A DNA stretch of 64,000 nt from an uncultured Actinomycetota bacterium (GTDB taxonomy: Bacteria; Actinomycetota; UBA4738; HRBIN12). The notes below the pieces were generated by a model. It did no database searches, was not told the origin of the DNA, and saw only the letters and a list, made by a program, of their open reading frames with translations. This document shows, piece after piece, positions 1 through 10,446 of the stretch. Position numbers and translations under genes: made by a program. Numbering within the stretch: position 1 is the first letter of the stretch; every line of letters starts with the position of its first letter. Location of the stretch: the NCBI GenBank assembly GCA_963724415.1, contig CAVRUS010000012.1, positions 66,271 to 130,270 of the forward strand, read 5' to 3'.

Positions 1-1975
1 CGCAGCCGTCCTCGCCGGCGTGGCAGCCATCGTGGTGGCGAAGGCCGCCGAACTCGCGCACACCGCACAGATCTCCGGCTTGACGGGCTACGACCCTCCC
101 GACGTCTTCCTGACGGTCGTCACCGCGGGCATCCTCGTGACCGTCCTCTGCGGGATCGTCTTCGCGGCGATCGGGAGGTTCCGGCTGGGCGGGCTGATCC
201 GGTTCGTGCCGTATCCGGTCGTCGGAGGGTTCCTCGCCGGCACGGGATGGCTGCTGTTCAAGGGCGGGGTCAACGCCGCGGCGGGGATGCAGGTGAAGCT
301 CCGCAACCTCGGCCAGTTGTTCGAGTTCCAACTCAGCCACCTGCTCCCGGCACTCGCGTTCGGTGTGATCCTTGCTGATCGCGGTCCGCGTGATCAAGCG
401 GCCCCTCGTGATCCCGGCGGTGATCGGGATCGGGCTGGTGGTGTTCGCGATCGGGATGGTCGTGACCGGCTCCTCGATCGAGGAGGTCCGCGAGGGAGGG
501 TGGCTGCTGTTCGGAGGGTCCGAGACGACGCAGCTGTGGGAGTTCCGGACGTTCGAGGCGCTCGGCGGCGCCGACTGGGCGTCCGTGCTCGAATCGTGGG
601 CCGAGATCGTGGGCGCGGTGTTCGTGGCCACGCTCGCGATCCTGTTCAACATCTCCGGCACCGAGCTCGTCTTGGACCGGGACCTCGACACGAACAAGGA
701 GCTCCGCGACGCCGGCGTCCTGAACGTCGTGTCGGGAGCGCTCGGGGGGATCCCCGGCTATCACGCGCTCTCGCTGACCGCGCTCGCGGAGCGCATGCGC
801 GTGGACGCGCGGGCCGCCGGGCTGATCGCGGCGGCGGTCCCCCTGGCCGCGGTCGTGTTCGGCGCCTCGGTCGTGGGGCTGATCCCGCGGATGATCGTCG
901 GAGGCGTGCTGGTGTTCCTCGGCCTGGCCTTCCTGGTCGAGTGGGTCTGGGACAAGCGGAAGCTGCTGCCGCCGCTCGAGTACGCCGTCGTGGTGGTGAT
1001 CCTGGTCGGGATCATCGTGTGGGGGTTCCTGGAGGGTGTCGTGATCGGCCTGGTGCTCGCGGTCGTGTTGTTCGCCGTGAGCTACGGCCGGATCGAGCTG
1101 GTGAGAGAGGTCGCCTTCGGCGAGACCTATCGCTCGAACGTCGATCGGCCGGCGAGCGAACGTGCCGAGCTGCGCGGGCTTTCGGACCGGGTCCAGATCC
1201 TGCGGGTGAGCGGGTTCGTGTTCTTCGGGTCGACGAACCGCCTGCTGGAGCGGATCACGCCACCGGATGGAACAGGCGGCCCCGCCCCCGGTTCCTGGTG
1301 ATCGATCTGCGGCGCGTCACAGGCGTGGACTCCTCGGCGGTCGTCGCGTTCGTGAAGGTGATGGGTCTGGCGGAGGCCGCCGGATCGGAGATCGTCTTCA
1401 CCGGCGCCTCCGATCCCGTGCGTGCCCAGCTCGCCCGCGGAGGCGTGGACGAGACCGAGGGTCTCGTGGTCTTCGAGCCCGACCTGGACCGAGGGCTGCA
1501 GCGGTGCGAGGACGCGCTGCTTTCCGCCCCGAGCCTCGACGAGGCGCGTCGGGAGCACCCCGCCGCCGCCTCACCCGACGGGCTGCCCCCGGGCCTGGCC
1601 GCCCACCTCGAGCGCGTCTCGGTGCCCGCCGGCACGGTCCTGCTCCATCAGGACGACCCGCCGGGCGACGTCTACGTGCTCGAGTCCGGGCGCCTGGCCG
1701 TGGAGACCGTCACGCCCGAGGGCACGCGGCTCCGGCTGCGGACGCTCCGCCCCGGGGTCGTCGTGGGCGAGATCACGCTCTACACGGACGTCCCGCGCAC
1801 GGCCGACGTGGTGGCCGAGATCCCGAGCGTGGTCCTGCGCATCGACCGCGGATCGATCGAGCGGCTCGAGGCCGAGGAGCCGGAGCTCGCCGCGGCGCTG
1901 CACCGGTGGCTCGCGACGACGATGGCGGAGCGACTGACCGACCGGATGCGGGCGCTGGACTCCCTTCTGGATTGA
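1..1975 (+). CDS. SulP-family anion transporter fused to a C-terminal STAS domain and a cyclic-nucleotide-binding (cNMP) domain. The 5' end lies outside the window. The frame switches twice as assembled (about 385 and about 1285).
   Basis: SulP TM motifs (FVPYPVVGGFLAGTGWLL) in frame 2 continue as IAVRVIKRPLVIPAVIGIG... in frame 3 (ORF 372..1301). STAS motifs (ILRVSGFVFFGSTNRLLERI / FLVIDLRRVTGVDSSAV) and a cNMP-binding domain (VYVLESGRLAV...GEITL...RTADVVA) resume in frame 2 up to the stop at 1975. Confidence 0.7.
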   Translation, partial: AAVLAGVAAIVVAKAAELAHTAQISGLTGYDPPDVFLTVVTAGILVTVLCGIVFAAIGRFRLGGLIRFVPYPVVGGFLAGTGWLLFKGGVNAAAGMQVKLRNLGQLFEFQLSHLLPALAFGVILADRGPRDQAAPRDPGGDRDRAGGVRDRDGRDRLLDRGGPRGRVAAVRRVRDDAAVGVPDVRGARRRRLGVRARIVGRDRGRGVRGHARDPVQHLRHRARLGPGPRHEQGAPRRRRPERRVGSARGDPRLSRALADRARGAHARGRAGRRADRGGGPPGRGRVRRLGRGADPADDRRRRAGVPRPGLPGRVGLGQAEAAAAARVRRRGGDPGRDHRVGVPGGCRDRPGARGRVVRRELRPDRAGERGRLRRDLSLERRSAGERTCRAARAFGPGPDPAGERVRVLRVDEPPAGADHATGWNRRPRPRFLVIDLRRVTGVDSSAVVAFVKVMGLAEAAGSEIVFTGASDPVRAQLARGGVDETEGLVVFEPDLDRGLQRCEDALLSAPSLDEARREHPAAASPDGLPPGLAAHLERVSVPAGTVLLHQDDPPGDVYVLESGRLAVETVTPEGTRLRLRTLRPGVVVGEITLYTDVPRTADVVAEIPSVVLRIDRGSIERLEAEEPELAAALHRWLATTMAERLTDRMRALDSLLD

Positions 1976-2020
1976 GACCTGGCCTGGACTGAGGCCTGGA
2001 TCGAGGGCCCGTGTCCGAGC

Positions 2021-2686
2021 TCAGCACCCGAGGATGCCGGGCCACAGGTGCGCGACCTCGCGCTTGCACACCGGGATCCGGGTCCAGTCGTCCGTCGCGA
2101 GATCGGTCGCCCGCTCTCCTTCGTACGCGCAGGTGTCGTCGAGCGCCTCGAGGTGCAGCGACCCGCGTTCAAGCGCCCACGAGTACGTCCCGCGTTCCCG
2201 GGAGCAGTTCGGATCGTTGAACAAGGTCAGCCGGTCCCCATCCACGGTGTAGTGACCGGTCGAATGGAACGCCGCCATCTGGTGGTCCACGAAGTACGCG
2301 CCCTGGAAGAAGATCAGGGTCGTGACCCCTGGGTCGCGCGCGTACGGCAGGCACCGGCGGCACGGGAACGGGAGCGCGTTGCTCGCGCCGCCGAGGTCGT
2401 CGAGCGTGAGGATCAACATGTACGTGCCGTCGATCTCGGTCGCGACCGGCGCGGGGGTCGGCTCCGTGTACGGGTACGGCAGCACGGTGACCGGTAGGTC
2501 GGCGAGCGACGACGCTTCCAGGACCTCGTTGCTCGCGGGGGTCGGAGTCGGGGACGGTGACGCAGCGACCGGGGCGGGCGCGGGCGGCGGGTCGTCGAAC
2601 AGGAGAGCCGCCACGAGCAGCAGGGACACGGCCGCCACCACGGACGGCACGAGCCTGCGTCTGGTCGGGTTCGATCCTTCGGTCAC
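2021..2686 (-). CDS. Hypothetical secreted or membrane-anchored protein. It has an N-terminal TM/signal segment, a Pro-rich linker and a Cys-containing globular domain.
   Basis: ORF MTEGSNPTRRRLVPSVVAAVSLLLVAALL... with PAPAPVAASPSPTPTP linker. No recognisable family. Confidence 0.45.
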   Translation of the reverse strand: MTEGSNPTRRRLVPSVVAAVSLLLVAALLFDDPPPAPAPVAASPSPTPTPASNEVLEASSLADLPVTVLPYPYTEPTPAPVATEIDGTYMLILTLDDLGGASNALPFPCRRCLPYARDPGVTTLIFFQGAYFVDHQMAAFHSTGHYTVDGDRLTLFNDPNCSRERGTYSWALERGSLHLEALDDTCAYEGERATDLATDDWTRIPVCKREVAHLWPGILGC

Positions 2687-2730
2687 GGGCAGTCGGTGAT
2701 GATACGCGCGGCGTCCGTAGCATCTCCGGC

Positions 2731-3456
2731 GTGGTGGACGAGCTGCGACCGATCGAGGCCGTCGTGTTCGACATGGACGGCGTCCTGATCGATTCGGAGC
2801 CGATCTGGCGGGCCGTGGAGCGCGACGTCTTCGCGGGCGTCGGGATCGAGCTCACGGACGAGGACCTGTTCCCGACGATGGGGGTGCGGATCGCCGACGT
2901 CGTGGACCGTTGGTACCGGCGCCATCCGTGGCCCGAGCCCAGCCGGGAGACGATCGCCGAGGCGATCGTCGAGGGGGTCGTGCGCGCGATCCGGGAGCGC
3001 GGGACCGTGCTCGAGGGAGCGACGGCCGCCGTGGACCACGTCCGCGGACTCGGCCTCCGGGTGGCCCTCGCCTCGTCCTCGCCGATGCCGTTGATCCAGG
3101 CAGTGCTCTCTCTCGACGGGCTCGCCGAGCGGTTCGACGCCGTGGTCTCCGGCGAGGACGAGGAGCTCGGCAAGCCGGATCCCGCGGTCTATCTGTCGGC
3201 CGCCCGTCGACTCGACGTGCGACCGGATCGATGCCTCGCCGTGGAGGACTCGATCAACGGCGTCCGCGCGGCGAAGGCTGCGGGGATGGTCTGCGTCGCG
3301 GTCCCGGCGGTCGGCGCGGACGACGGCATCGCTGCGGAAGCCGATCTCGTGCTCGGCTCGATCGCGGATCTCGGCGACCGGATGTGGGCCGAGGTCGGGG
3401 CGGTCCCGCAGCGGTCCGTCTCGCATACTGAGCGGATGGGCGGAGGTGGCCGATGA
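2731..3456 (+). CDS. HAD-superfamily hydrolase (beta-phosphoglucomutase / phosphatase-like).
   Basis: HAD motif I AVVFDMDGVLIDSE, motif III GKPDP, motif IV CLAVEDSINGVRAAKAAGM. Probable GTG start at 2731/2734; the R-rich N-terminal extension of the listed ORF looks spurious. Confidence 0.75.
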   Translation: MVDELRPIEAVVFDMDGVLIDSEPIWRAVERDVFAGVGIELTDEDLFPTMGVRIADVVDRWYRRHPWPEPSRETIAEAIVEGVVRAIRERGTVLEGATAAVDHVRGLGLRVALASSSPMPLIQAVLSLDGLAERFDAVVSGEDEELGKPDPAVYLSAARRLDVRPDRCLAVEDSINGVRAAKAAGMVCVAVPAVGADDGIAAEADLVLGSIADLGDRMWAEVGAVPQRSVSHTERMGGGGR

Positions 3457-4284
3457 CCGACATCCCTTCGGTGACGCTGGCCAACGGCGTCGCGATGCCG
3501 GCGCTCGGGCTGGGTACCTCGCCGATGGGCGACCGGAAGGCCGAGGAGATCGTGACCGCCGGGTTGCGTGACGGCTATCGCCTGATCGACACCGCCGAGA
3601 ACTATCGGAACGAGGGCGGCGTGGGACGGGGCATCCGGGCGAGCGGCGTGGACCGCGACGAGGTGTTCGTCACCACGAAGTTCAACGAGCGCTGGCACGG
3701 CGAGGCCGAGGCACGACAGGCCTTCGCGAACGGCGCCGAGCGCCTCGGCCTCGCGCACATCGATCTGCTCCTGATCCATTGGCCGAACCCGCAGAAGGAT
3801 CGCTACGTGGACGCGTGGAAGGGGCTCCTCTCGTTGCTCGAGGACGGTTCGGTCCGCGCGATCGGCGTCTCGAACTTCAAGCCGGCGCACCTCGACCGTC
3901 TCCTCGAGGCGACGGGGGTCGCGCCCCACGTGAACCAGATCCAGCTCGATCCGACGCACAGCCGACCCGAGGAGCGTGCGTACCACGCCGCGCACGGGAT
4001 CGTGACCGAGAGCTGGTCACCGATCGGCGCGGGCAGCGATCTCCTCGCGGATCCGACGATCGTCGACATCGCCCGGCGCCGCTCGAGGACGCCCGCGCAG
4101 ATCGTGTTGCGATGGCACGTGCAGCTCGGGTCTCGTCCCGATCCCCAGGACGTCGAAACCGGAGCGCCTGGCCGAGAACCGGGACGTGTTCGACTTCGAG
4201 CTCACCGACGCCGAGATGGAGGAGCTCGCGGCCCTCGATCGTCGCGACGAAGGGGTCATGGACTCCGACCGCTTCGGCCACTGA
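3453..4284 (+). CDS. Aldo/keto reductase (2,5-diketo-D-gluconate reductase-like) with a +1 frame switch near 4135.
   Basis: LGLGTSPMG...GYRLIDTAENYRNE...IDLLLIHWP...IGVSNF...IVLRWHVQLGS in frame 3. The conserved C-terminus VPIPRTSKPERLAENRDVFDFELTDAEMEELAALDRRDEGVMDSDRFGH* is read in frame 2, ending at 4284. ATG at 3453 overlaps the upstream stop (ATGA). Confidence 0.8.
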
Positions 4285-4353
4285 GCCGGAGAACAGGCGA
4301 ACCCGACCCGTTGCCCACCCGTAGACCTTCGAACGACGACGAAGGAGGCTCGG

Positions 4354-4845
4354 ATGAGGTCTGGCCGGATCAAGGTGCTCGCGGTGGCCGCGCTCTTCCC
4401 GCTCGCGATGGCTGCATGTTCGGACGACGGCGGGGACGGGACGTCCTCGCCCACGGAGTCGTCCGCGCCGTCCGAGGAGCCGTCCGAGGAGCCCGCGGAG
4501 GCGACGGTCGCCGTCGAGGACTCCGACTTCGGGCAGATCGTCGTGGATGCCGAGGGCCGCACGCTGTACGTGTTCCTCGTCGATGAGGGGACCGAGAGCA
4601 CGTGCTACGACGATTGTGAGGCCAGCTGGCCGCCGCTCACGGTGGAAGGCGAACCCGTCGCCGGCGAGGGCGTCGACGGCACACTCGGGACGACGGAGCG
4701 TGAGGACGGCTCCCTCCAGGTGACCATCGACGGCCACCCGCTCTACTACTTCGCCTCCGACGCGACCGCCGACGACGTGAACGGACAGGGCGTCGGCGAC
4801 GTGTGGTACGTCGTGGCCCCGGACGGGGCGGCGATCCAGGGCTAG
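4354..4845 (+). CDS. Lipoprotein of the COG4315 / secreted-repeat (Lipoprotein_15-like) family.
   Basis: Signal peptide with lipobox-like LAMAAC, Ser/Glu-rich linker, motifs GRTLYVF..D....STCYDDCEASWPPL and GHPLYYFASD. Confidence 0.65.
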   Translation: MRSGRIKVLAVAALFPLAMAACSDDGGDGTSSPTESSAPSEEPSEEPAEATVAVEDSDFGQIVVDAEGRTLYVFLVDEGTESTCYDDCEASWPPLTVEGEPVAGEGVDGTLGTTEREDGSLQVTIDGHPLYYFASDATADDVNGQGVGDVWYVVAPDGAAIQG

Positions 4846-4924
4846 GGACGCACGCGCATCAGGGTTCTGTGGCTCCGGCTCGGCGTATCCTGCACGTCTT
4901 CGACCCTGGGAGGCGGCGGGACGC

Positions 4925-6598
4925 GTGTCGGTTTCGGAGCAGATCGTCGCGCAGCTCACCGCCGCGGGCGTTCGGCGCGCCTACACGGTCCCCGGCGAGA
5001 GCTTCCTCCCGCTGCTCGACGCCTGTGACCGCCATCCGGACATCCAGCTGATCTCGACGAGGCACGAATCCGGCGCGGCGTTCATGGCCGACGCCGACGC
5101 GAAGGTCACGGGCCTGCCCGCGCTCGCGATGGCGACACGCGGTGTCGGCGCCGCGAACCTCGCGATCGGCGTGCACACCGCGATGCAGGATTCGACGCCG
5201 ATGATCGTGATCCTCGGACAGGTCGAGTCCACGTTCCTGGGCCGCGAGGCATTCCAGGAGGTCGACCTCCCGTCGTTCTACCGGGAGATCACGAAGTGGT
5301 CCGTGACGGCGCCGTCGAGCGAGCGGCTCCCGGAACTCATCGGCCGCGCGATCCACGCGGCGACGAACGGGCGGCCGGGGCCGGTGATGGTGGCGGTTCC
5401 TGCGGATCTCTTCGACGGGGACGCAGGTGCGGAGCAACGTCACCTCCCCGGTGTGACCGATCGCGGCCGGCCCACGCCGAGCGAGGGAACGAGCGGGACG
5501 ATCGCCGACATCCTCCTCCGTGCCCGAGCGCCGGTGATGATCGCCGGCGGCGGCGCGAGGGATGCGCGCGAGGCGCTCGTCGCCACCGCCGATCGGTTCG
5601 GGCTCGGCGTCTACGCCGGCTTCCGCCGCCAGGACGTCTTCCCCAACGAGCATCCGAACTACTGCGGGCCGCTGGTGCTCGTGACCCCGCCCGAGACGCT
5701 GCGTGCCCTCGAGGACGCCGACGTCGTGCTCGTCGTCGGGTGCCGCCTCAGCGAGATCACGACCCAGGGGTACCGCCTGCCGAGGACCGACCAGCGCGTG
5801 ATCCAGATCGACGTCGAACCCGCGAGCGTCGGCGCGGTCGTCTCGGTGGAGGTCGGCTTGGTCGCGGATGCGGGGGAGGCGCTGCGCTCGATCCTCGAGC
5901 ACGCACCGGACGGGTCCGCGAACGACCGCGACTGGACGGCTGCGCACGGCGCGTTCCTCTCGGCGAGCACGCTGCCCGAGCGGACCGAGGGACCACTGCA
6001 TCCGGCGGCGGTGATCGCGGCGCTCGGGGAGGTCTTCCCGCCGACGGTCGTCCTCGTGAACGACGCCGGCAACTTCTCGATCTTCGCGCACCGGTACTGG
6101 CGGTTCTCGCACCCTCGGACCCAGGTGGGCCCGACCAGCGGCGCGATGGGGTACGGCGTCCCCGCGGGGATCGGCGCCAAGCTGGCCGATCCGTCGAGCG
6201 AGGTCGTCGTCCTCGCGGGCGACGGCGGGTTCCTGATGACCGGCCAAGAGCTTGAGACGGCCGTGCGCTACGACGTGCCGTTCACGACCGTCGTGTTCCG
6301 CAACGGCCTCTACGGCACGATCGCGCTGCACCAGGCCCGCGCGTTCCACCGGACGGCCGGGGTCGACATCGGGGAGGTGGACGTCGCCGCCGTGGCTCGC
6401 GGGTACGGCGCGGAGGCATGGTCCGTCTCCGATCAGGACGAGCTCACGAGCGCGCTCGCCGAGGCCCGCGGCTGCGGCCGGCCGGCCGTGATCGACTGCC
6501 AGGTGGATCCCGACGTGCTGTCTCCGTCCGATCGGCTGAGCAGCCTCCTGTCCGCGGATCCGACGGGATCGGAGGAGGACGCTCCCGTCAGGGGCTGA
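4925..6598 (+). CDS. Thiamine-diphosphate-dependent enzyme (acetolactate synthase large-subunit / benzoylformate decarboxylase-like).
   Basis: GTG start preceded by GGGAGG RBS. N-terminal Pyr domain (TVPGESFLPLLDA...HESGAAFMADA), central domain, C-terminal PP-binding domain (GAMGYGVPAGIGAKLA...LAGDGGFLMTGQELET). Confidence 0.8.
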   Translation: MSVSEQIVAQLTAAGVRRAYTVPGESFLPLLDACDRHPDIQLISTRHESGAAFMADADAKVTGLPALAMATRGVGAANLAIGVHTAMQDSTPMIVILGQVESTFLGREAFQEVDLPSFYREITKWSVTAPSSERLPELIGRAIHAATNGRPGPVMVAVPADLFDGDAGAEQRHLPGVTDRGRPTPSEGTSGTIADILLRARAPVMIAGGGARDAREALVATADRFGLGVYAGFRRQDVFPNEHPNYCGPLVLVTPPETLRALEDADVVLVVGCRLSEITTQGYRLPRTDQRVIQIDVEPASVGAVVSVEVGLVADAGEALRSILEHAPDGSANDRDWTAAHGAFLSASTLPERTEGPLHPAAVIAALGEVFPPTVVLVNDAGNFSIFAHRYWRFSHPRTQVGPTSGAMGYGVPAGIGAKLADPSSEVVVLAGDGGFLMTGQELETAVRYDVPFTTVVFRNGLYGTIALHQARAFHRTAGVDIGEVDVAAVARGYGAEAWSVSDQDELTSALAEARGCGRPAVIDCQVDPDVLSPSDRLSSLLSADPTGSEEDAPVRG

Positions 6599-7808
6599 GC
6601 CCTTCCCGCGGGGAGCGCCGGTACTCGAAGTGGTTCCCGTCGGGAACCACGAACGAACCGCCCCAGATGAACCCCCAGCGTCGGAGCGTGCTCCTGAGCG
6701 CCGGCGGCTGATGGGGCGTGACGCCGTAGTAGTTGCCGACCAGGTTCACATCGAACGCGATCCCCCAGGAATGGTGCGACAGCAGAGCGGTGGGATCGCG
6801 GCTGATGAACCGTGGGACGAAGCACCCGTGGAAGGATCTGATCGCGTCGACGGCGCCCGCATCACGGAGCTCGCGCATCGCGCCCCGGAGCTGCGGCAGG
6901 ATCCCTCGATGACACGTGACCTCGCCGAGCAACGGAACCCGGGTCGTGACGAGATGGGTTCGGATCCAGGCGGGGTCGACCTCGAGGGAGCCCGGCTGCC
7001 CTGCCGCCGGCTGCGCGGCGAACTCCCCGAACAGCGCCTTCAACAGGACGGGTGGCAGCACCGCGTCACCCGCCCGGAAGTACGGCGTCTCGCCGGGAGC
7101 GCGGACCTGGACCTTTCGGAAAACGCCCAGATCGCTCGGCAGGAGCGGCCGGATCGCTCGCCGCAAGGATCCGGAGGTCATCGACCGGGCGACGACCGGC
7201 CGGATCAGGAGGTACCGGTCGCGCGTCACCCCGATGCGGCGGCCCACGTCCTTCGACACGAGGAGCTCCGCGGCTCCGACCAGCTCGTCGGGGAGGACCG
7301 CCGCGATCCGGATGCGCGCTCCCGTTCCCAGCTCGAGGAGGGCGCCGGGGCCGAGCCGTCGGACGGACGCCGATGTCGATCCCAGGATCCCCTCGCCGTT
7401 CTCGACCGCCGCCAGCGTGGCGCGATCGGCCGGTGGGAGGAATGGAGCGAACGATGCGGGATCCACGGCGGCGACGTCGAGTGGGATCCGGTACGGGTGT
7501 GTGGGGCGGTCGACGAGCTCGCCCGCGGCGCTCCAGGAACGAGCGAGCCACACGTTGTCTTCCGCGACGACGGTGATCCCTCCGATCTCCGGACGCCGCG
7601 CCACCCGCGCCGCGAAGCCGTCCGGAAGGCCTCGCGGCACCCACGCGAGGAAGGTCTCCGGCGGCGCCGGCCGCGTGAGCACGATCGGGGACCCGGCGCG
7701 AGGTTCGACCTCCGGCGGGAGCCGCCACGACTGGATCGCGAGGGTGAGGACGACGCCGAGCGAGATCCCCGCGAGCCCGCCGGCGCCGAACCGGAGTCCC
7801 CGTCGCAT
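6588..7808 (-). CDS. Membrane-anchored M15-family zinc peptidase (VanY / D-Ala-D-Ala carboxypeptidase-like).
   Basis: N-terminal TM (GLAGISLGVVLTLAI). C-terminal SHHSWGIAFDVN...GFIWGG...DGNHFEY (H-x6-D ... D-x2-H metal ligands of M15). ATG at 7808 overlaps the stop of the upstream anti-sigma gene (ATGA). Confidence 0.7.
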   Translation of the reverse strand: MRRGLRFGAGGLAGISLGVVLTLAIQSWRLPPEVEPRAGSPIVLTRPAPPETFLAWVPRGLPDGFAARVARRPEIGGITVVAEDNVWLARSWSAAGELVDRPTHPYRIPLDVAAVDPASFAPFLPPADRATLAAVENGEGILGSTSASVRRLGPGALLELGTGARIRIAAVLPDELVGAAELLVSKDVGRRIGVTRDRYLLIRPVVARSMTSGSLRRAIRPLLPSDLGVFRKVQVRAPGETPYFRAGDAVLPPVLLKALFGEFAAQPAAGQPGSLEVDPAWIRTHLVTTRVPLLGEVTCHRGILPQLRGAMRELRDAGAVDAIRSFHGCFVPRFISRDPTALLSHHSWGIAFDVNLVGNYYGVTPHQPPALRSTLRRWGFIWGGSFVVPDGNHFEYRRSPREGLSP

Positions 7809-9788
7809 CAGCCGCCTCCGCTTCCGTCCTCGATCCCGGCGATCGCGCGGGCGATACCGATCAGCGACCGGAGGTCGAGCTCCCCTTGGAGGGAGTGGTA
7901 CACGCCGTGGTCGACCCATTCGAGCTCTGCGCGGCTCGGCGTCCATCGGGCAACGAGATCGGAGAAGGAGATCCGGCTCTGCTCGGACGAGGAGGGGGGT
8001 GGGAGGGCGGCATCGCGCTCGACGTGCAGCGTCAACGGTTCGCCCGCCGCGTCGGTGTCGACTTGGCGGAGCCGGAACGTGATCCCTTCGATCGTGGATC
8101 CTGTCGTCGATCGCTCGGTGCTCGCGACGACGTACCCGCCCGGGAGATCATCGAACAGGGACGGAGGCAGCCCCGCCGCGGCGAGCCCGGCAGCCACGTC
8201 GATCCGTTCCACGTCGACGCCGGGCGAACCGCGGTCGCGCCACGCCGCCGGGAGGGGGCGGCCGACGACCGTGAGGGAGGACGCGATCTCGAGCAGTCGC
8301 TCCCGGGAGAGGTTCGTCTCGAGGAAGAGGTCGGCGTCCTCGGCATGGATCGCGAGACGGCGGCCGAAGCCCTCGCCCGCGGGCTCGTAGTACGCCACGC
8401 CGCCACCCTCCAGGGGGATCTCCTGCGCGCCCGGATCCAGCGGGCCGAAGGCCTCGGGACCCGCCCAGTCGCGTCGCTCGCCGACCTTCAGGTAGTCCAG
8501 TCCTTCCGCGTAGACCAGCACCGAGCTCGGGGTCGCCGGCGCGGACGGTGTCGGCAGGACGATCGAGACGAGCTCGAGGTCGCCCGGATCCGTCGGAGTC
8601 GCGGGGAGGTAGCCGATGCGGTCCGGGAGATCCTCCAACCGGGGCGGATCCGCCGTGGCGGGCTCGGCGCCGGGGATCCGGAAGAGGTCGAGGCCGGGCG
8701 GCTCCTCCGACACGGAGACGAGACGGACGTCGAGGATCGGCGGACCCGGAGGTTCGACCGCGCGGCCGTATCGCAGCTCCCACGCGCGACGCTCGGGGCT
8801 CCGCGAGGGGTGCACCACGATCCGGAGCGGGAGCCACGAGCGAGCGTCGAGCCAGAGCACCACGGGATCGCGGTCGAAGAACGGTCGCCAGGTCCCGCCC
8901 ATCCGCAGGAAGGGGAACATCGGCGCCGCCCGTTCGAACGACAGACGCACGCGGATCGCGTCCCGGCTCCCGATCCGGTCTTCGCCGATCACCTGGAAAC
9001 CGGTCGCGGATCCGAAGGTGGAGAGCGGGAGGACGAGATCTGCCGGCAGCGGGGCGACCGCGGAGAACTCGGACAGGTGGGTCACCGCCGCTCGCGTCCG
9101 CGGGCAGATGTCCGGGGGAAGGTCCCCGGGACATCCGGACGGTCCCGACGTGAACGTGGTGGTGACGTCCTGGATGTACCGGAGGTCGGTCGGCGTCCAG
9201 GACGGGGACGGGTAGATCGTGCGGTCCTGGACCTCCAGACGGAAGCGTTGCGGGGATCGGAACGCCACCAGCATGTCCAGCACGCGCTCGGGGACCGCGG
9301 GATCGAGACCGAACTCGTGGATCACGTACCTCCCCTCGAAGGCATCGAGCGTCGGCGCGACGGTGCGGACGTTGCGCACGAGGGTCGCCGCCGCGATCGG
9401 TCGGTTCGCCGGGCTCTGCCACGGGCCGCCGACGAGCACGCTGCCGAGGACCATCCCGGCGATCGCGGCGGCGACCGCTGGGGCGAGGGCCCACGGGCGG
9501 CGGTGGCGCCCCTGTCGTGACCGCATCCGTCCGTCGATCGCGCGCGGCAGGGGGACGGGTCGGGTTCGTTCGCGCGCCACCGCCGCCATGATCGGGTCCA
9601 CGAGATCGGGGACCGGCTCGGCGGCGCGGATCCGCACGCCGCTCCGGATCCGAGCGGATCGTTCGGCGAACGCTCGGCACCGGGCACACGTCTCCGCATG
9701 CTCGACGGCGGTCTCCGCGTGGCGAACCGACACGCGCTCGCCGTCCATCCGGGTGGACAGGACCAGCTGGGCGGCCTCGCAGTTCACG
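7808..9788 (-). CDS. Membrane anti-sigma factor: N-terminal zinc-finger (ZAS-like) domain, single TM, and an extracellular domain of about 550 aa of unknown fold.
   Basis: VNCEAAQLVLSTRMDGE...HAETCARCRAFAE (H-x3-C-x2-C), TM WALAPAVAAAIAGMVLGSVLVG. GTG start at 9788 overlaps the sigma-factor stop (GTGA). Confidence 0.7.
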
Positions 9789-10335
9789 TCGCCTCCTCCT
9801 CGTCCGCGATCGCGAGGCAGAGCGCCTGCCGGGCCCGGAACATCCGGCTCTTCACCGTTCCCACCGCGACGCCCAAGACGTCGGCCGTCTCCTGGTACGA
9901 AAGACCGAACACCTCGACGAGGAGGAACGCCTCTCGATGTTCCGTCGAGACGGCTCGGAGGGCCGCGTCGAGTTCGGCCCGAGCCGAGGGATCGGCGACG
10001 CTCCGGGGTCGGACCTGGTCCTCCCACGGCGCATCGGACCGTCGCTGGCCGCGGAGGGCGTCCATCGCGCAGTTCCGCACGATGCTGAACAGCCACGATC
10101 CGAACTTCCGGTCACCGCGGAACCCACCGAGGAACCGGAAGGCCCGGAGGAATGCCTCCTGGGTGACGTCCTCCGCGAGCTGGCGGTCGCGCGTGAGATG
10201 CCACGCGAATCGGAAGGCGTCGGCTTGGAACTCGCGCACGAGGTCCTCGAAGGCGAGGAGGTCGCCTCGGCGCGCACGTTCCACCGTTCGCGGATCCGGA
10301 TCCCGCACCCGCTTCCTCTCAGCTCGTCCCGACAC
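9784..10335 (-). CDS. ECF (group 4) sigma-70 family RNA polymerase sigma factor.
   Basis: Region 2 (GDLLAFEDLVREFQADAFRFAWHLTRDRQLAEDVTQEAFLRAFR) and region 4 (LSYQETADVLGVAVGTVKSRMFRARQAL). Confidence 0.85.
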   Translation of the reverse strand: MSGRAERKRVRDPDPRTVERARRGDLLAFEDLVREFQADAFRFAWHLTRDRQLAEDVTQEAFLRAFRFLGGFRGDRKFGSWLFSIVRNCAMDALRGQRRSDAPWEDQVRPRSVADPSARAELDAALRAVSTEHREAFLLVEVFGLSYQETADVLGVAVGTVKSRMFRARQALCLAIADEEEAT

Positions 10336-10446
10336 GACCGCGCCGGCGGCGCCCCGCGCGCCCGGTCGAGGATCCGGCGCCCACGATGCGCCCTCGTCCG
10401 CCCATCGGCAAGGAGACCGCCTCCACGGGCCGCGGGTTCCATCCGT

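Noticed and set aside
4859-6349. 496-aa minus-strand ORF antisense to the ThDP enzyme gene.
   Set aside because: Arg/Gly/Asp-rich low-complexity translation with no motifs. The opposite strand encodes a fully conserved enzyme. Typical GC-rich antisense artefact.
6630-8390. 586-aa plus-strand ORF across the M15 peptidase and anti-sigma genes.
   Set aside because: Composition-biased (R/P/G/E) with no domain signatures. It overlaps two well-supported minus-strand genes.
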